NCBI RefSeq assembly: GCF_009914755.1
Contig: NC_060938.1
Strand: one strand, 5' to 3'
From: the human T2T-CHM13v2.0 reference genome, Homo sapiens
Length of the DNA: 64,000 nucleotides
A model generated the notes under the pieces. It saw nothing but the letters and a program-made list of their open reading frames with translations, was not told the origin of the DNA and did no database searches. Shown piece after piece: positions 1 through 16,638 of the stretch. Both the position numbers and the translations under genes were made by a program. The first letter of the stretch is position 1. Every line of letters starts with the position of its first letter.

Positions 1-542
1 GTTCCCATTCCCTACACAATGCCCTCCAAAATATCCTTAATAAATAGTAAATTATCCACTTCTGTGGACGAGGAAATCACAGCGCCACAAAACAGCCCAT
101 CTCACTATTGAATAACTCAAACTGTTAGAAAATTCTCTCTTCAGTTGAACCCAAATCCACTTCCCTGTATGTAATTACTGTTCATGGAATCTAATTCTCC
201 CCTCTAAAGCCAGGGGCCCCCCAACTTGGAAACAACAAGCTTCCTATTACCCTTCCACTCCTCGCCCACGCTACTATTCTCATCTCCAGGCTGAACATCC
301 CAGGGGCTTTCAGCTGCTCCTCATGTGCCTTGTGACCCCAAGGCAGCCTGTTCATCTCCTCTGGCAGTTTCTGTCTCTTGATTCATACTGAATTTGCACC
401 AACAAAAGCAACCTGTAATGCACAGGCTACGTAACAGCATCTCCTCCACCCTGTACTTGGACTGCAAATTATTTTTAAGCAAGCACAAGGTTTTACATAT
501 GTCCATATTACATTTTTATCCACTGTTTAAGATCTTTCTCTC

Positions 543-870
<328 letters not shown>

Positions 871-961
871 CTAAATATCACTCTCAGCTTTGACAAATAC
901 AGAGCTGCTGAATGTGACTTCTTTGACTTTATCACAGTTATCAATAAAAATGCTACTGGGA

Positions 962-1656
<695 letters not shown>

Positions 1657-1990
1657 TCTTTGTTAGAAAGTTCTTTCTTGAGCTGAACCCAAATCTGCTT
1701 CCCTGTATGGAACTAATGTCCATGGCTTCTAATTCTCCGCTCTGCAGGGACAGATTCCTCCCTCTTCTGCATAACGAGCTTCCTATCCATTAAAACGGTT
1801 CCCCGTGTCCACAAAGACTTCGTGAGACACTTTGTCAAGTGTTCTGCTAACATCAAAACACGTTACCTATAGCATTTCCTGATCTAGCAAATCTATTTTA
1901 AAAAGGAAAAATGTTCCTTTGGCATGAACTGCTAAATGACCCTTGCTGTCTTCCAGAGATCATCGCTTCCTCTTCAAAGTGTTTTTGCTG

Positions 1991-2365
<375 letters not shown>

Positions 2366-2599
2366 TCAAAACTATAAAACAACTTTACAAAATGCAAATT
2401 GTAGCATAAATGTAAGAGGTTATCATCCGCTGAATGAGATCTTCCTGGTTCCAGTGAAGCCCAATTTCTTCACTCTGCCGCTGTGGGTTGAAAGACAAAT
2501 AAGCAATTTTATTTTTTTTGTAAAGCAGTGTGTCAAATTGGGGGAAAACTCACAAAATTATAGATTGAATGATATATGTTGACTATTAATATTAAATCA

Positions 2600-2896
2600 G
2601 AGCTGGGCAAGGTGGCGCATGCCTGTAATCCCAGCAACTCGGGAGGTTTAGGCAGGAGGATTGCTTGAGGCCAGGGGTTCAAGACCAGCCTGGGCAACAC
2701 GATGAGACCTTGTCTCTACAAAACACTTTAAAACTTAGCCAGGCAAAGTAGTGTGTGTCTGTAGTCCCAGCTACTCATTAGGCAGAGGCGGGAGGATTGC
2801 TTGAGCCCAGGAGGCCAAGGCTGCAGTAAGTCATGATTGTTCTACTGCACTCCAGCCTGGGTGACACAGCAAGACTCTATCTCAAAAATAAACAAA
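2600..2896 (+). mobile_element. AluJ
   Basis: ggattgcttgagcccaggag-type J diagnostics. Confidence 0.9.
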
Positions 2897-3740
2897 ACTT
2901 TTATTTTTTTACTGTCCAAAAATAGTCATATTGTAATGCCTTTTTATGAGCAAATGTAAAACAGGGAGGGGGTGTTATTGGATGTCAATGATTATGTTAG
3001 ATGCTACAGCTCCTCTCCTTTGACCCCCACAATAACCCTGTGAAATAGGAAACCCTCCGTTTTGCAGATAAACAGGTGCAGGGACATCAGGGCCATGCAG
3101 ATAATCAGGGGTCCAAACTCCAGCCCTCACCAGCCTGTTGGATTCTAGAGTCCTCCTTCCTTCCAGTTTACCAAGCCTGCTTTCTCTACTCACAGCTTCC
3201 CTGGCTACTTCCCTCCCTGTCTCAGCCCCCCAGGAATATTCCAGAACTCCATGGGCCCTTCCATCATTGCTCTGTCTCGCTCTCTCTCCTTTTTCTGAAC
3301 GCTAGTAAAGCCTTTGGTTTCATATATTATCCAAACTTGGCCCAAAACAGTCAGAAAACTAAAATGACAGCCAACACGTGAGGTTCAGCATTGGGCAGAG
3401 GCTCCACCCCACAGTTCTGCCCATCCTGCCGTGAGGGTAGGGGAATGTCTGTTGGTCCTGATGCTCCCAGAGGCTTCCTCTCTCCTCCTCCCTTGGTCAG
3501 ACTTCTCACTGAGTACTTGTCTCAGCCAACTCCTCACCATCTAGTCCCACCTTAACCTGCTAAAATCTGACTAAGTTCCCACCATTCACCCACATAATGC
3601 TCCCTAAGTTGCCTAGTGATTCCTCCTGGCCAAATACGATGCCTTTTCTCCACCTCTAATTGTTCCTGTGTCTCTAGTTGATGATGCATCTTCTCTCTTT
3701 CATCCATGGCTTTAAGTTTTCCTGGGTGTTTACCCCTACA

Positions 3741-4034
3741 TTTTTTTTTTTTAGAGACAGCGTCTCACTCTGTCACCCAGACTGAAGTGCAGTGGAACTA
3801 TCATAGTTCATTGTATCATCAAACTCCTGGGTTGAAGGGATCCTCCTGCCTCAATCCCTGGAGTAGCTGGGACTACAGTTGTGCACCACTATACCTGGTT
3901 AATTTTTTAATTTTTTGTAGAGACCAAGTCTCGCTATGTTGCCCAGGCTGGTCTCAAACTTCTGACCTCAAGCAATCCTCTCACCTCAGTCTCCCCAAGT
4001 GCTGGGATTACAGGCATTAGCCGCTGAGCCCGGC
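3741..4034 (-). mobile_element. AluJ
   Basis: Diverged antisense dimer. Confidence 0.9.
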
Positions 4035-4054
4035 ATTTCCCTCTGTAATTCTGA

Positions 4055-4372
<318 letters not shown>

Positions 4373-4994
4373 TAATGTAACCGACTGGTCTGAGAATGTC
4401 AGGATTTTCTAGACATACCTGGAATTTCCAGGAAATTCAGCAAATCATTAAAACACCTGAGCTTTTCTTATTGTTTTAGCTGACTGTGGTTTTGACATAT
4501 AACCATGTGCAAAATGTGGGCTCTGTCCTAGAGACTTCAGGCAAGCAGACTCTGCCGGGGAGCCCCAGAGTTGAGGTCAAAAACTGGTAATGACCTGCTT
4601 CCACCTGCCATCTCTGTTTTGTTCTTGTCAATTTGTTTTCTGACATTTAATATGGATTGAGATTTTGGGCAACCCTAACATATTTACTATGACTGTAAAA
4701 TGGTAAGATGGTCCATTTACCTCATTTCCTACTTACAATCCACATAAGATAGACTGTATTAGTGGCTCCCAGATTCTTGAATTTACCAGACTAGTAAAGT
4801 CAACCACCTTGAAAATAGAGAGAATATTAGGTGCCAATTTTTAATTTTGCCAGTAAAAACAAAAGAAAATACAACCATCATATATCACATCATCATATTT
4901 CATAAGAGAAAGAACTTTTAACACCACATGTAGGAGAGACAGGATCTCATATCTTGAATGTTTGGTCTTGAAGACAGTTAAGGCTGTCTTAAAA

Positions 4995-5135
4995 CCGAGG
5001 TTTCAAATGACAGAGTGCAACAGAGTCATCTGAGAGCTTGTTAAAATTAATAAACTAGGCCTTACACCCTGAGATTAAAGGGGTGTGGGGGTGAGGAATC
5101 TGTGTTTTACAAACACCCTCAGGTGATTCTGAGGA
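4995..5135. mobile_element. MER5A-like hAT DNA transposon remnant
   Basis: gagcttgttaaaa...aggaatctgtgttttacaaacaccctcaggtgattctga. Confidence 0.6.
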
Positions 5136-5259
5136 GAAATTGTTACTTTCTCAGCAGCTCTGAATGATTTTTAAGGAACAAGTTCTCCCAACACAAGCCT
5201 TCTCTATAAGTATTCTTGCCTAAAAGTATTGAACTTGAATTTAATCAAGTTTCTAGAAT

Positions 5260-5765
5260 GGCAACGTCAAGCTGAACTTTCTGCCATGCTGGAAATGTTC
5301 TGTATCTGCCCTGTCCAATGTGACAGTGACTAACCACTGTGCCCACTGAGCACTTGAAATGCGGCCAGTGCAAATTTTTTGTTTCATTTAACTAATTTAA
5401 GTTTACTTTTTTTTTTTTTTTTGATACGGAGTTTTGCTCTTGTTACCCAGGCTGGAGTGCAATGGCAAAATTTCGTTCACTGCAACCTCTGCCTCCCAGG
5501 TTCAAGTGATTCTCTTGCCTAAGCCTCCTGAGTAGCTGGGATTACAGGTGCCCACCTCCACGCCCAGCAAATTTTTGTATTTTTATTAGAGACGGGGTTT
5601 CACCATGGTGGCCAGGCTGGTCTCGAACTCCTGACCTCAAGTGATCCACCTGTCTCAGCCTCCCAAAGTGCTGGGATTACAGGCGTGAGCCACTGCGCCC
5701 AGCCTAAGTTGACATTTAAATAACCACATGTGGCTGGTGGCTCTCATATTGCCCAGCATGGCTCT
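5260..5765. mobile_element. MER3-like hAT element interrupted by an Alu
   Basis: aactttctgccatgctggaaatgttctgtatctg...gagcacttgaaatg...aataaccacatgtggctggtggct. Confidence 0.7.
5407..5704 (-). mobile_element. AluS
   Basis: Antisense dimer nested in the MER3-like element. Confidence 0.93.
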
Positions 5766-5909
5766 CGATCTGACATGACTGCCAGTTTGCAAGAAGTATA
5801 GAGAATAGAGGAAAAAATTAAAAGACCCTCGAGGAAGAAACAATAGCAAAAAAGAATAAAAAAAGGGAGAGAGGGTGTAAAGAAATAGAAAGGAGGGGAA
5901 AAGCCTTTG

Positions 5910-6390
5910 TCATTCAGGACCTGTCCAGGAAAAAATAGCCTGTACCAGGTAGTTTGGCAGAGGAATTTAACACAGCGAACTAGTTTCAAAAGAGCTGAAA
6001 GAGCTGAAAAGCCAAATGGAATGTTGAGGCAACCCAGAGCTATGCTCCTTCAGAAAGCCACCACCTCCCCTAGAGCTGGAAGGACTAAGGAAGAAGGAGA
6101 TGATGCCACCAGAACCCAGGAGTGGGGGCTACCTACAAGAATTGAATCAGGTGGAGGTTGCTGGAGGGCTAGAGAAGTGGTCACTGTCAAGAGGCAGAGG
6201 CTGGAAGAAATGCCCTGGCTTTTTCCCTCCTCCCATCCTTTGAGTCTCCTCCGTGTACTTCCCATTGGCTGAAATCAACACGAAGCCAGTGGCAAAGAAG
6301 CTTGAGAAGAAAAATGTGCAGGGAACCAGCAGAACAAGTTGGAGACAGGACAGTTAATGGATCCAAGAGCAGAGGCAAATGACTGGTACT
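5910..6390. mobile_element. Old MLT1 (ERVL-MaLR) LTR
   Basis: MLT1N/O-like words (cagaggaatttaa, cccattggctgaa...gaagccagtggcaa). Confidence 0.5.
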
Positions 6391-7657
6391 GAAACAGAAC
6401 AAGCAAATGCAACATTTGCATGGCGTTTGGGTCCTGATTTGCGTTAACCAAGTGTGTGTAAAGACGCACCTTTGATACAATGAGAGAATTTGAATATAGA
6501 CTAGGTATCAGAGAATAAAGAATTATTGTTAATTTTGTAAGATCTGTTAATTTCTAATGTATCTTTATCACTTAGAAAGGCCTACTAAATTAATGGAGCA
6601 TAAATGAAATGAGATCAGCAAAACCGTGTTAACTATCAAAGCTGGAATATGGGTTCATGGACGTGTATTAACTCCTCTTTCGAGTTTTCTGTTTGTGAAG
6701 AATTATGTAACAATTTAAAAATGAGTGTCAATAGATTTTTTTCCACTTTATCATGTGTGATAAAAGTCTGACTTTCTTTTTTTCCCCTCTCCCTTAACCC
6801 ATTCTCCTTTCCTTCAGGATACCTGTGAAAATTATCAGTAATACTTACAGGCATGGTGAGTTTTTTCACATTATCCTCCTTAATCTATGGACATGATCTC
6901 TAATTACTCCTGGGACTCCTCTAACAAACATTCTATTGTAAAATCTCAAATCTAAAGCTGCATTGGACATTGGTTTAGAATGAGAAATTGTGACAGCAAA
7001 AGTATGATAATTTAATTTCGAATTAGACTTTTTTGAGTCTACGATGAGACAACAGTCTTGAAACACAGGCTTTGCTAGAAGAAACGTTTCCTAAGGTCAT
7101 AGGGTAGAGAAATTTAATGATACCAGAACAGCTTTTCTGTACCCAGGAAAATAAATGTGGGGCAGAAGTCAGGAAGTAGAGAGGATCAGAAGATGAAAGC
7201 AGAGTAAGAAACTCCCTGGGTTCAACCCAGGAGGTGAAGGTTGAGACTGTAGGATCGTGTAAGAGCCCTAGATAAGCTGAAGGAGAATCAGAGAACACCT
7301 GGGCTCCACTTCCCTGCAGCATCCAACTTAGCACCAAAAGAATGGGATGAGTGGTGAGAGGAGCCTCTGGAGATGGCTGGAGTGACGCCATTGTCCTACT
7401 GCCCTGAGCTTTGCACGTGACAGGTGCACAAGTTCCTGCATTCCTCTAGGGCAGTGTGGACACTGATCAAATAGCAGTTCACTTCAGGGCAAAGAGGGTG
7501 CAAAGTACAGAGGCCCCGGCTCAGGTCACAACCACAGAGGGTAGCACAGGGTCCAGGATCCGTCAGGAGACCCCTCACACCCTAACTGGCCCAAAGCCAT
7601 GTAAACTTCTCTGTGTATACCGATGGAATGTCAGATTTCAATAACATTCCTGTACCA

Positions 7658-8164
<507 letters not shown>

Positions 8165-8521
8165 TATAAAGGCATTTTTCTTTTTTTGGCCCATGAAGTC
8201 CTACATATCATTTACATCTCCAATAAAGGTATTAAAATATCTAGGAATTTTTAAAAATCTACTTATGCAAAGAGTATGACTAGAAAGAAAAGTTTTTGTA
8301 CACACGTGAAAATTTCTCGTGATTTAGTCTTTGAGCCATTGTAGGTTTGGTAGAAAATCAGTGCCATTTAAACTTCTCTCAAACATTATTCCATTTTGAA
8401 AAATGAATGAAAATACTGAACATATTTTAGGTAGATTAATTTACATACAGTTGGGTTTCATTTATAGTTCTGAGTTTTGAGAAAATCTGGATGAATTGAA
8501 AATAAATGGAGAATTTTTTCC

Positions 8522-9177
<656 letters not shown>

Positions 9178-9620
9178 TAATTTCTTAGACATAAACAGTT
9201 TTTAAGCCATGCTATACAGATGATGCTAGCATGGGTCCCTCTAGACTCTTTTAGCCTAGTATTTTCCAACATTTAAGAAGACAGATCAAATGGCACCTCC
9301 TCTATGAGATTATTAGAGACCTCCAAAATTGGACCTCCCAATTTTTTCCCATGGTGTCTTGACTCTGCCTCCATTTTATAACACATTTTATAATGCTGTG
9401 TCTCTTTCAGTAAACAGTGAATTCCTCAAAAGCACTGACAGTCCTCTTCACCATTATAACTATGTGCACGGCCTGACGAGTACTCAGTAATATCTGCTGA
9501 ATAAAGACTGATTTTTCCTGGTAGATGTTATATCCTAATGAAATTACTTCAGCAAGTATTATCACTATAGGATAATATTTGAGCACGTTATTAAATATAA
9601 ATCACATGAACAGTGTAGAG

Positions 9621-9827
9621 CAAGCTTGTCTGATTCCTGGCATGTGACCCAGGATGGCTCTGAGTGTGGCCCAACACACATTCGTAAACTTTCTTAAAAT
9701 ATTATGTTTTTTTTGGGATTTTTTTTTTTTTTTAGTTCATCAGCTATCGTTAGTGTATTTTATGTGTGGTCCAAGACAATTCTTCTTCCAGTGTGGCCCA
9801 GGGAAGCCTAAAGATTGGACACCCCTG
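9621..9827. mobile_element. MER30 (hAT-Charlie) element
   Basis: Perfect 8-bp TSD gtgtagag at 9613-9620 and 9828-9835; ends caagcttgtc / ggacacccctg. Confidence 0.85.
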
Positions 9828-9933
9828 GTGTAGAGCGTCGTTTATCCGGCATATCTCAAGAATTAGACTGTAGAGGAATTCTGTTTTCCTAGATCAAATT
9901 TCAAATTAATTTTATAATAAATAATTGTGATCT

Positions 9934-9953
9934 ACACACACACACACACACAC
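9934..9953. repeat. (AC)10 microsatellite
   Basis: Seen directly. Confidence 0.95.
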
Positions 9954-10520
9954 GAGCTGAACATGTAACCTCCTTCCAACAGCACGGTCCCACGATCATT
10001 TTTAAGGGGCTGTTGGGGAAGTAATCGACCCTTTGGCTAATTTTTCTCAGGAGCAACAACTCATATCACTAATGATCAAAACAAAATTTTTGTTTTTGAC
10101 AAATGTCACCAAACACCTAGATAGACTGATACATTAGTGCTTTAATAACCTAGGGGGGCATGTTTTACAGTCTGCTGTAGAAACAACAGTAGCTCTGACA
10201 ATTTGGTTATGGGTAACTTCTTTCCTCCTTTGTGAAATGGGATCATAATACTAGTCTCACAGGTATGGTTTTTTTTTAATATATACAAAATGTTTATTTT
10301 AGCTTTATTTATACTGTCAAAAACTTAAACCAAACTGAAGGTCCACCTGGAAAGGAATAGTTGAATAAAATGGCTACACTCCTGAAAAACAAACCAAACC
10401 CAAAACAAACCCAAAAACATTCCTAAGAGTTCAGGACAGGAGAGACAGACATCATTTGATCATCTACATTGCCCTAAAAAGAATAACAAGATTTGTTACT
10501 CCTTATTTATTTGCTCCTTA

Positions 10521-10982
<462 letters not shown>

Positions 10983-11189
10983 TTACTCACTCTACTTTCA
11001 TGTCTGTGTTCAAAGTTTTAAACAAAAGTATTTTTTAAATTCTTTAGAAAATATGGCATCCTGTTTGATTGAAAATATGGCATCCTGATTTGATAAAGCT
11101 AGGGAATGAGTACGTTAGTGTTAATGTCTTACTCTGTGTTCTTTAGACATACGTTCCTTTAATACTTCATATTTACAGTTGCTGCTTTG

Positions 11190-12125
11190 AAGTTTTTATG
11201 GGTTAAATCCAACTTCTAGGCCCACAGAGTTTCTTTGGACTGCTTGTTTCCTGAGTATGGGCCTCACTTTCTTCTTTGTCTTGCTCATAATTTCTGATTG
11301 AAAACTAGACGATTTAGCAAGTATTGATTCTGACATAGTTTCATGTTTTTTTTTTTTAAAGCTTGATTGAATGTAACTGCAGAATCTGTCTCCCACACAA
11401 GAGAATGTAGCTGCTGATGTCTCTGCTTACAGTCTTTTTTACAGTCTGTTTTACAGTCTTTTTATCTCTTGGTCTGGCTTCCCCAGGGTCACTCCTGCAT
11501 AGCTAAATGTCAGAGGAGGCTGTGCTAGTTAAACACCTCAAGCCTCTCGGAGGGCTTCTATGCACCGCGGGTGGATCTGAGTGTAGGCTAAGCAGCTCAC
11601 TCAATGGCCAGTCTCATGTTTGTCTAGGCTTTTCCGTCCCATGGGGCGCTCTCAAGTCTCAGCCATGGCCCTTCTATGCCTCTCTGTTTCAGGAGGTCAG
11701 CATTAAATTTCTGCTGACCACCACCTGTCCTATCTGGAATTGCAATCTCAGGCTAGCAAAACAGAGTTTTCTCCATTTGTTTCCTTCCAAGCTCACCACT
11801 TTTAGTTGACATCATGGGTTCTGCACCACCTAACCTCCACCATTGTTCACCACCTCAGGCAACAAAGCTGCTGGTTTTCCTACCAGCTCAGGGCTAGAAA
11901 AGCCAGGAGGTTTGAGGGGTGACAGAAGCCCCAGGTAGGAAGGCCACAGACTCCAGGTTCCCACCCAAAGCTCTAGAAGCTTTTCAAAAATAACCCAATT
12001 TCTTCTCTGCCTTTGGTCGATTTCTAGAGACCCCAAATGGTTGGTTTTGACAACTTTAGTTTTATACTTGTTTCTTGCAAGGAGAATTGGCTGACCTCTT
12101 CACATCATCATAGCCGGATGTCCCT
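11190..12125 (-). mobile_element. Old L1M (L1MC/MD-like) 5' region
   Basis: Resembles an antisense L1M 5' UTR (ctgctgatgtctctgct; aaagctgctggttttc; cctttggtcgatttctagag; ggttttgacaa). Confidence 0.55.
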
Positions 12126-12209
12126 CCTAATATCCAATTGTCTCCTTTGTATGTGTTTTAAACTTTTGACACATACACATGCATACACACAAATTAAAGA
12201 ATGACATCA

Positions 12210-12550
<341 letters not shown>

Positions 12551-13789
12551 CTAAATGGGGGAAAAAAAGTGGAAAGACTCAGAAAAAAGTCTTAATTCCT
12601 CAAGTAGCAATTTTATGAAGAATTGGTTTTTACGGTCATCATATTTTTCAACACAGGAGTTACCAAGCTGCTGAGCGCAATGCTGACGAGAGCAGTACAG
12701 GTTGAATGCAGGCAGCTGAGACTACCCTCGGAGTACATGTGCATGTGGCATGGAAACGCTTTAGGGAGAAGACTTTAAAATGATTCCAAAAAATTTCAAA
12801 AACTAAGCAGTCCATATAAATTTTCAAAAATAAAACTTACCTCATTAGATCTTGTAAGTTTATCACCACCACCGTCTTTTTACTCAGAGAGTGTCTGAAT
12901 ATACCTTTAGTAAAGTGATCCTTAGGTAAAAGGGATTTATGTGTTGACTCACAGATGATACCACAGTTTTTAAAATACATCTAAACAGATGAAGAGGAAA
13001 TAAGAAGCAAATATATATTTTCTAATTCTTAAAAAATTCATGTCTCCCTTCACCATCTGGGGATGGGAAACTTGTCCTTTGGGAAACGTACACATTTCGA
13101 GTACAGTACGTTCCCGTTTACACATGGGTTACCAAGGACTTGAGACTGACTCATCGTGTGAGGAAAACTCACAGGATGATATCCTTCAACATCTAAGTGC
13201 CTTACATTTTACAGAAAGAAATGATGTATCTTACCTTTTTAAGAGTCCATGGACACTTACAAAACAACTTTACCAAACTCTTAATAAGTTCGCAAATATT
13301 TCCGAATCATTGAGATTTAATTTTTAAGGTCAAAAATAATTCAATGAAGTCAAAGAATGTTAGAGCTGAAAAGATTACTCTTGTAAAAATAGTCACAGCT
13401 GAAAATTATCACAGTTAAAATATCACTACAGTGCAAATTATTACTCTTAACCCCAGAAAGGCTAAAAGACTGATATACAGGAAGATTCCATTTTAGGAGC
13501 TAAGACACAAACCAACTAAAGGTTCAAATATTTGCCCTAAGTGATCCATTTTTTAAACATTTTTACATTTTTCTCTCAGGGACGTTTTTGAATTTTTCTT
13601 TATCTTCAAGACAAATATTGTTATAATTATAGTGGATTATTAATTTACTGGATGTACTAAATTATGACAATAACATGCTATAAAACCCTCAGCTATACCA
13701 TTATTCACATGACCTAAGTCCCAAGGGCAGGAAAACAAGGTTCTGATTAGTGACATTTTGTATTCCAGTAGAATTGGTTAGGGCAAGAA

Positions 13790-14900
13790 CCACTAGGCTT
13801 TTATGTGACATTTCATTTCCTAGCTTGCTAAGTGCTCAAACACTGTTTCTTTCAAGATTTGCTGAACAACCACTCCCCCTCCTCCCATCGGTCTGCCAGG
13901 CCCAACTCAGGGCCCCTAGTGCTTGGCATGAGCCCCCCCCAAGCATTTCTCATACTTCTTTAGTCATCTGGACATGTGTCTGTCTCTCCCTCCTGTGAAT
14001 TTCTCAAGCCCCAAGCCCTACTCCCCTTGTTTTTAGCAGATAAGCTCCCCTTCAACTGCAGAGAAAAATTCCCGCAACTTCTCCCACCCAAATCCCCCCA
14101 CATCTACATCTCCCCTCTCTTCCATAGTGCCAGCCCCAATAAAGGGGTCCTTCCCATCTAAGGCCAATCCCTTCAAAACTGTGCTCCGATCCTGTTTCCC
14201 TTTCTCAGGAACTCTTCTCTGTATACTCTCTTCAGCCTCTCCATCTAATCATGTCCTCACCATAAGAATTTACCATAAGCTCAAGTCTCTCAGCTTCAAA
14301 CAACTCTCCTTCCACCCCCACTTGCCTCTCCTACTCATGCCCTCTTCCCCCTCTGCAATCTGGTTTCTCAGCAGAGTTGCCTACAAACACTATCTCCACT
14401 TGCTCCCTGCCCACTCAACAATGAGGCTTTGTTCCTACCACTGCATCTACACGGATCTAGTCAAAGGCAACAACCACCTTCTGGTCCTCGAGTCCGTACA
14501 GTCTTCTTAAAACTTACCTCTCCAGCCCTCGCAGCAGCAGGCACTTCATGCATTGACCTCTCCTTACCTTTTGGAAAGAACTCTTGGCTTCAGTAACTCC
14601 CTGACATTCTTATCTACCCTTCGACAGTGATAAACTTTTAACATCTGCATAGAATTTTGGACTTTAGAAGGCATTTCTGTAAGTGGCACATTTATTCGTT
14701 AATAAACATTGCAAATGAATGTGTCATTTGATCCTAACAACCCCATGGGATTTACTAGGTAGGTGTCAGCTCATTGCAGAGACGAGAAAAATAAGACCCA
14801 TAGTCAAGGTAATTCTGTGACAGGTCACACAGAAAGGGTCAAAATCAGTACTCGAATCATGCTGTCAACTTTAAAAGCCATGATCCCTCCAGTATTGCCA
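13790..14900. mobile_element. L2 fragments followed by MIR
   Basis: Pyrimidine-rich L2-like stretch (tcaaaggcaacaaccaccttctgg); MIR core tcatttgatcctaacaacccc...ggtcacacag. Confidence 0.55.
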
Positions 14901-15063
14901 TCATATGAGCTACTAGAAGCACTCAAGATCCGCATCTAAGAAAAAATGAAGACATACTGATTATCTTGCAAAAGGACCAGAGGCCAATGATGTACAATAC
15001 CCTCTGAAGGAAAAAAAAAAAAAAAGGCTGGTTAAAACCGCTCAGATCCTCTTTTTTTTCATC

Positions 15064-15250
15064 TTTTTTTTGGGATAAAGAGTCTCCCTCTATCACCCAG
15101 GCTGGAGTGCAATGGCGCGATCTCGGCTTAATGCAACCCCCACCTCCCAGGTTCAAGCAATGCTTCTACCTCAGCCTCCCGAGTAGCTGGGATTACAGGC
15201 ACGTGCCACCACGCCTGGCTAATTTTTGTATTTTTGTAGAGACGAGGTTA
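15064..15250 (-). mobile_element. Truncated AluS (right arm and linker)
   Basis: Antisense Alu ending shortly after the linker. Confidence 0.88.
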
Positions 15251-15473
15251 TGCTTGAGATTATGTATGAAAATCTTCTTTTCATATTCATACATAATCTC
15301 AAGCATCTTTTAAATTGTTCATGCTTAAAATTTCCAAGGCTCAAATAGTATCCTAATAGCAGACATCCGGTGAATAAAGACAGTAGCTTCAGTAGTTAAT
15401 CAACTACTGCTACAAACAACATGTGTAAGTCATTTCTAAAGAAAAAGTCAGCAGCTGTTTGCTAAAAATTTTT

Positions 15474-15520
15474 TTTATTGTGACTGAAGACATTGCCAAC
15501 TTACATATATCATTTTTATT
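15474..15520 (-). terminator. Candidate distal polyadenylation signals (two AATAAA)
   Basis: tttatt on the + strand at 15474-15479 and 15515-15520, near the end of the repeat-poor UTR-like block. Confidence 0.5.
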
Positions 15521-16596
15521 TGGAGTATTTTTTTGCCTTGCAGTGCTCCTGAGAAATTCAAAAATGCATTAACTTTAGCTCTATAAATAACACAACCTAA
15601 TATTAAGGTTGCGTTGGAAATTTCCCACGTTTAGATATTTCCCTAAAAATCAAAAGACAATTTAAATTGTTTTACATAGAGAAACCTTAATAAGTATTTA
15701 ACTTTTTAATAAGTTAAAAAGTAAAGACTGGCAAATAATCACAAATGTCAGAACATTAAAGTAGCATTTTTTCCATAGGAATATATAAAATAAATATCAT
15801 CTATACTTACTTGATATTTACAAAACTTAAAGATAAATTTTTGTGGATGGAAGATGTCTTGAATACTTCAATATGTGGAAAACTTCATTATCTTTAAATA
15901 TCAGGTCCAAATGCTTTTAAGTTTGATGGATAATAGTGTTTTCTAAAAAATTCTCATCACTCTACTGTCCCTGAAGACATAGCTTTTCCCCCCATTGATT
16001 GGATAAGTATTTTGATAGTTTCTGTACTCTTTTCAATTAACCATTAAGAGGTTAAAAGAAACCTAAGGCTTTATTTGGGGAGATACTGGACGTTTTAATT
16101 GACTAGTTGGAAAGAAGCCATTCTTTTCCTAGGGTTTTGTTGTTTAGTTTTGTTTCATTTTTTAAAAATCAAAAATGACAGGAATGAAAATTCAAACAAT
16201 TTGATCCAGTATTATGCTAAAATTAAATTCAGTAGTTAGATGAATTTTCTACTACAGTATAGAGGTTGAAAACCATTAGGAATGTGGTAAAAAACTATGG
16301 CAGCGAAGGTGGAATTCAACCACAAATTCTACTGAGTGGATAGAGAAATAAACAGAAAAATTACTGTAGTTAAAATATTGCAGTTAAACGCACTGTTAGC
16401 AATGTCCTATTGCCAACATTAGAATTATATGCTTCATCACTGGTTACTAAGACGGTTCAGTGAGCAGGTGGTTCATCTCTGACACAACTAAGTTTCAGAA
16501 AAGTCAATGACTTATATCTGGTTTAGATCAACGAACACTTAGTATACATACCAGTCAGCTATAGTTTCAATGACACAATGAAAACATTAGGTACTA

Positions 16597-16600
<4 letters not shown>

Positions 16601-16638
<38 letters not shown>

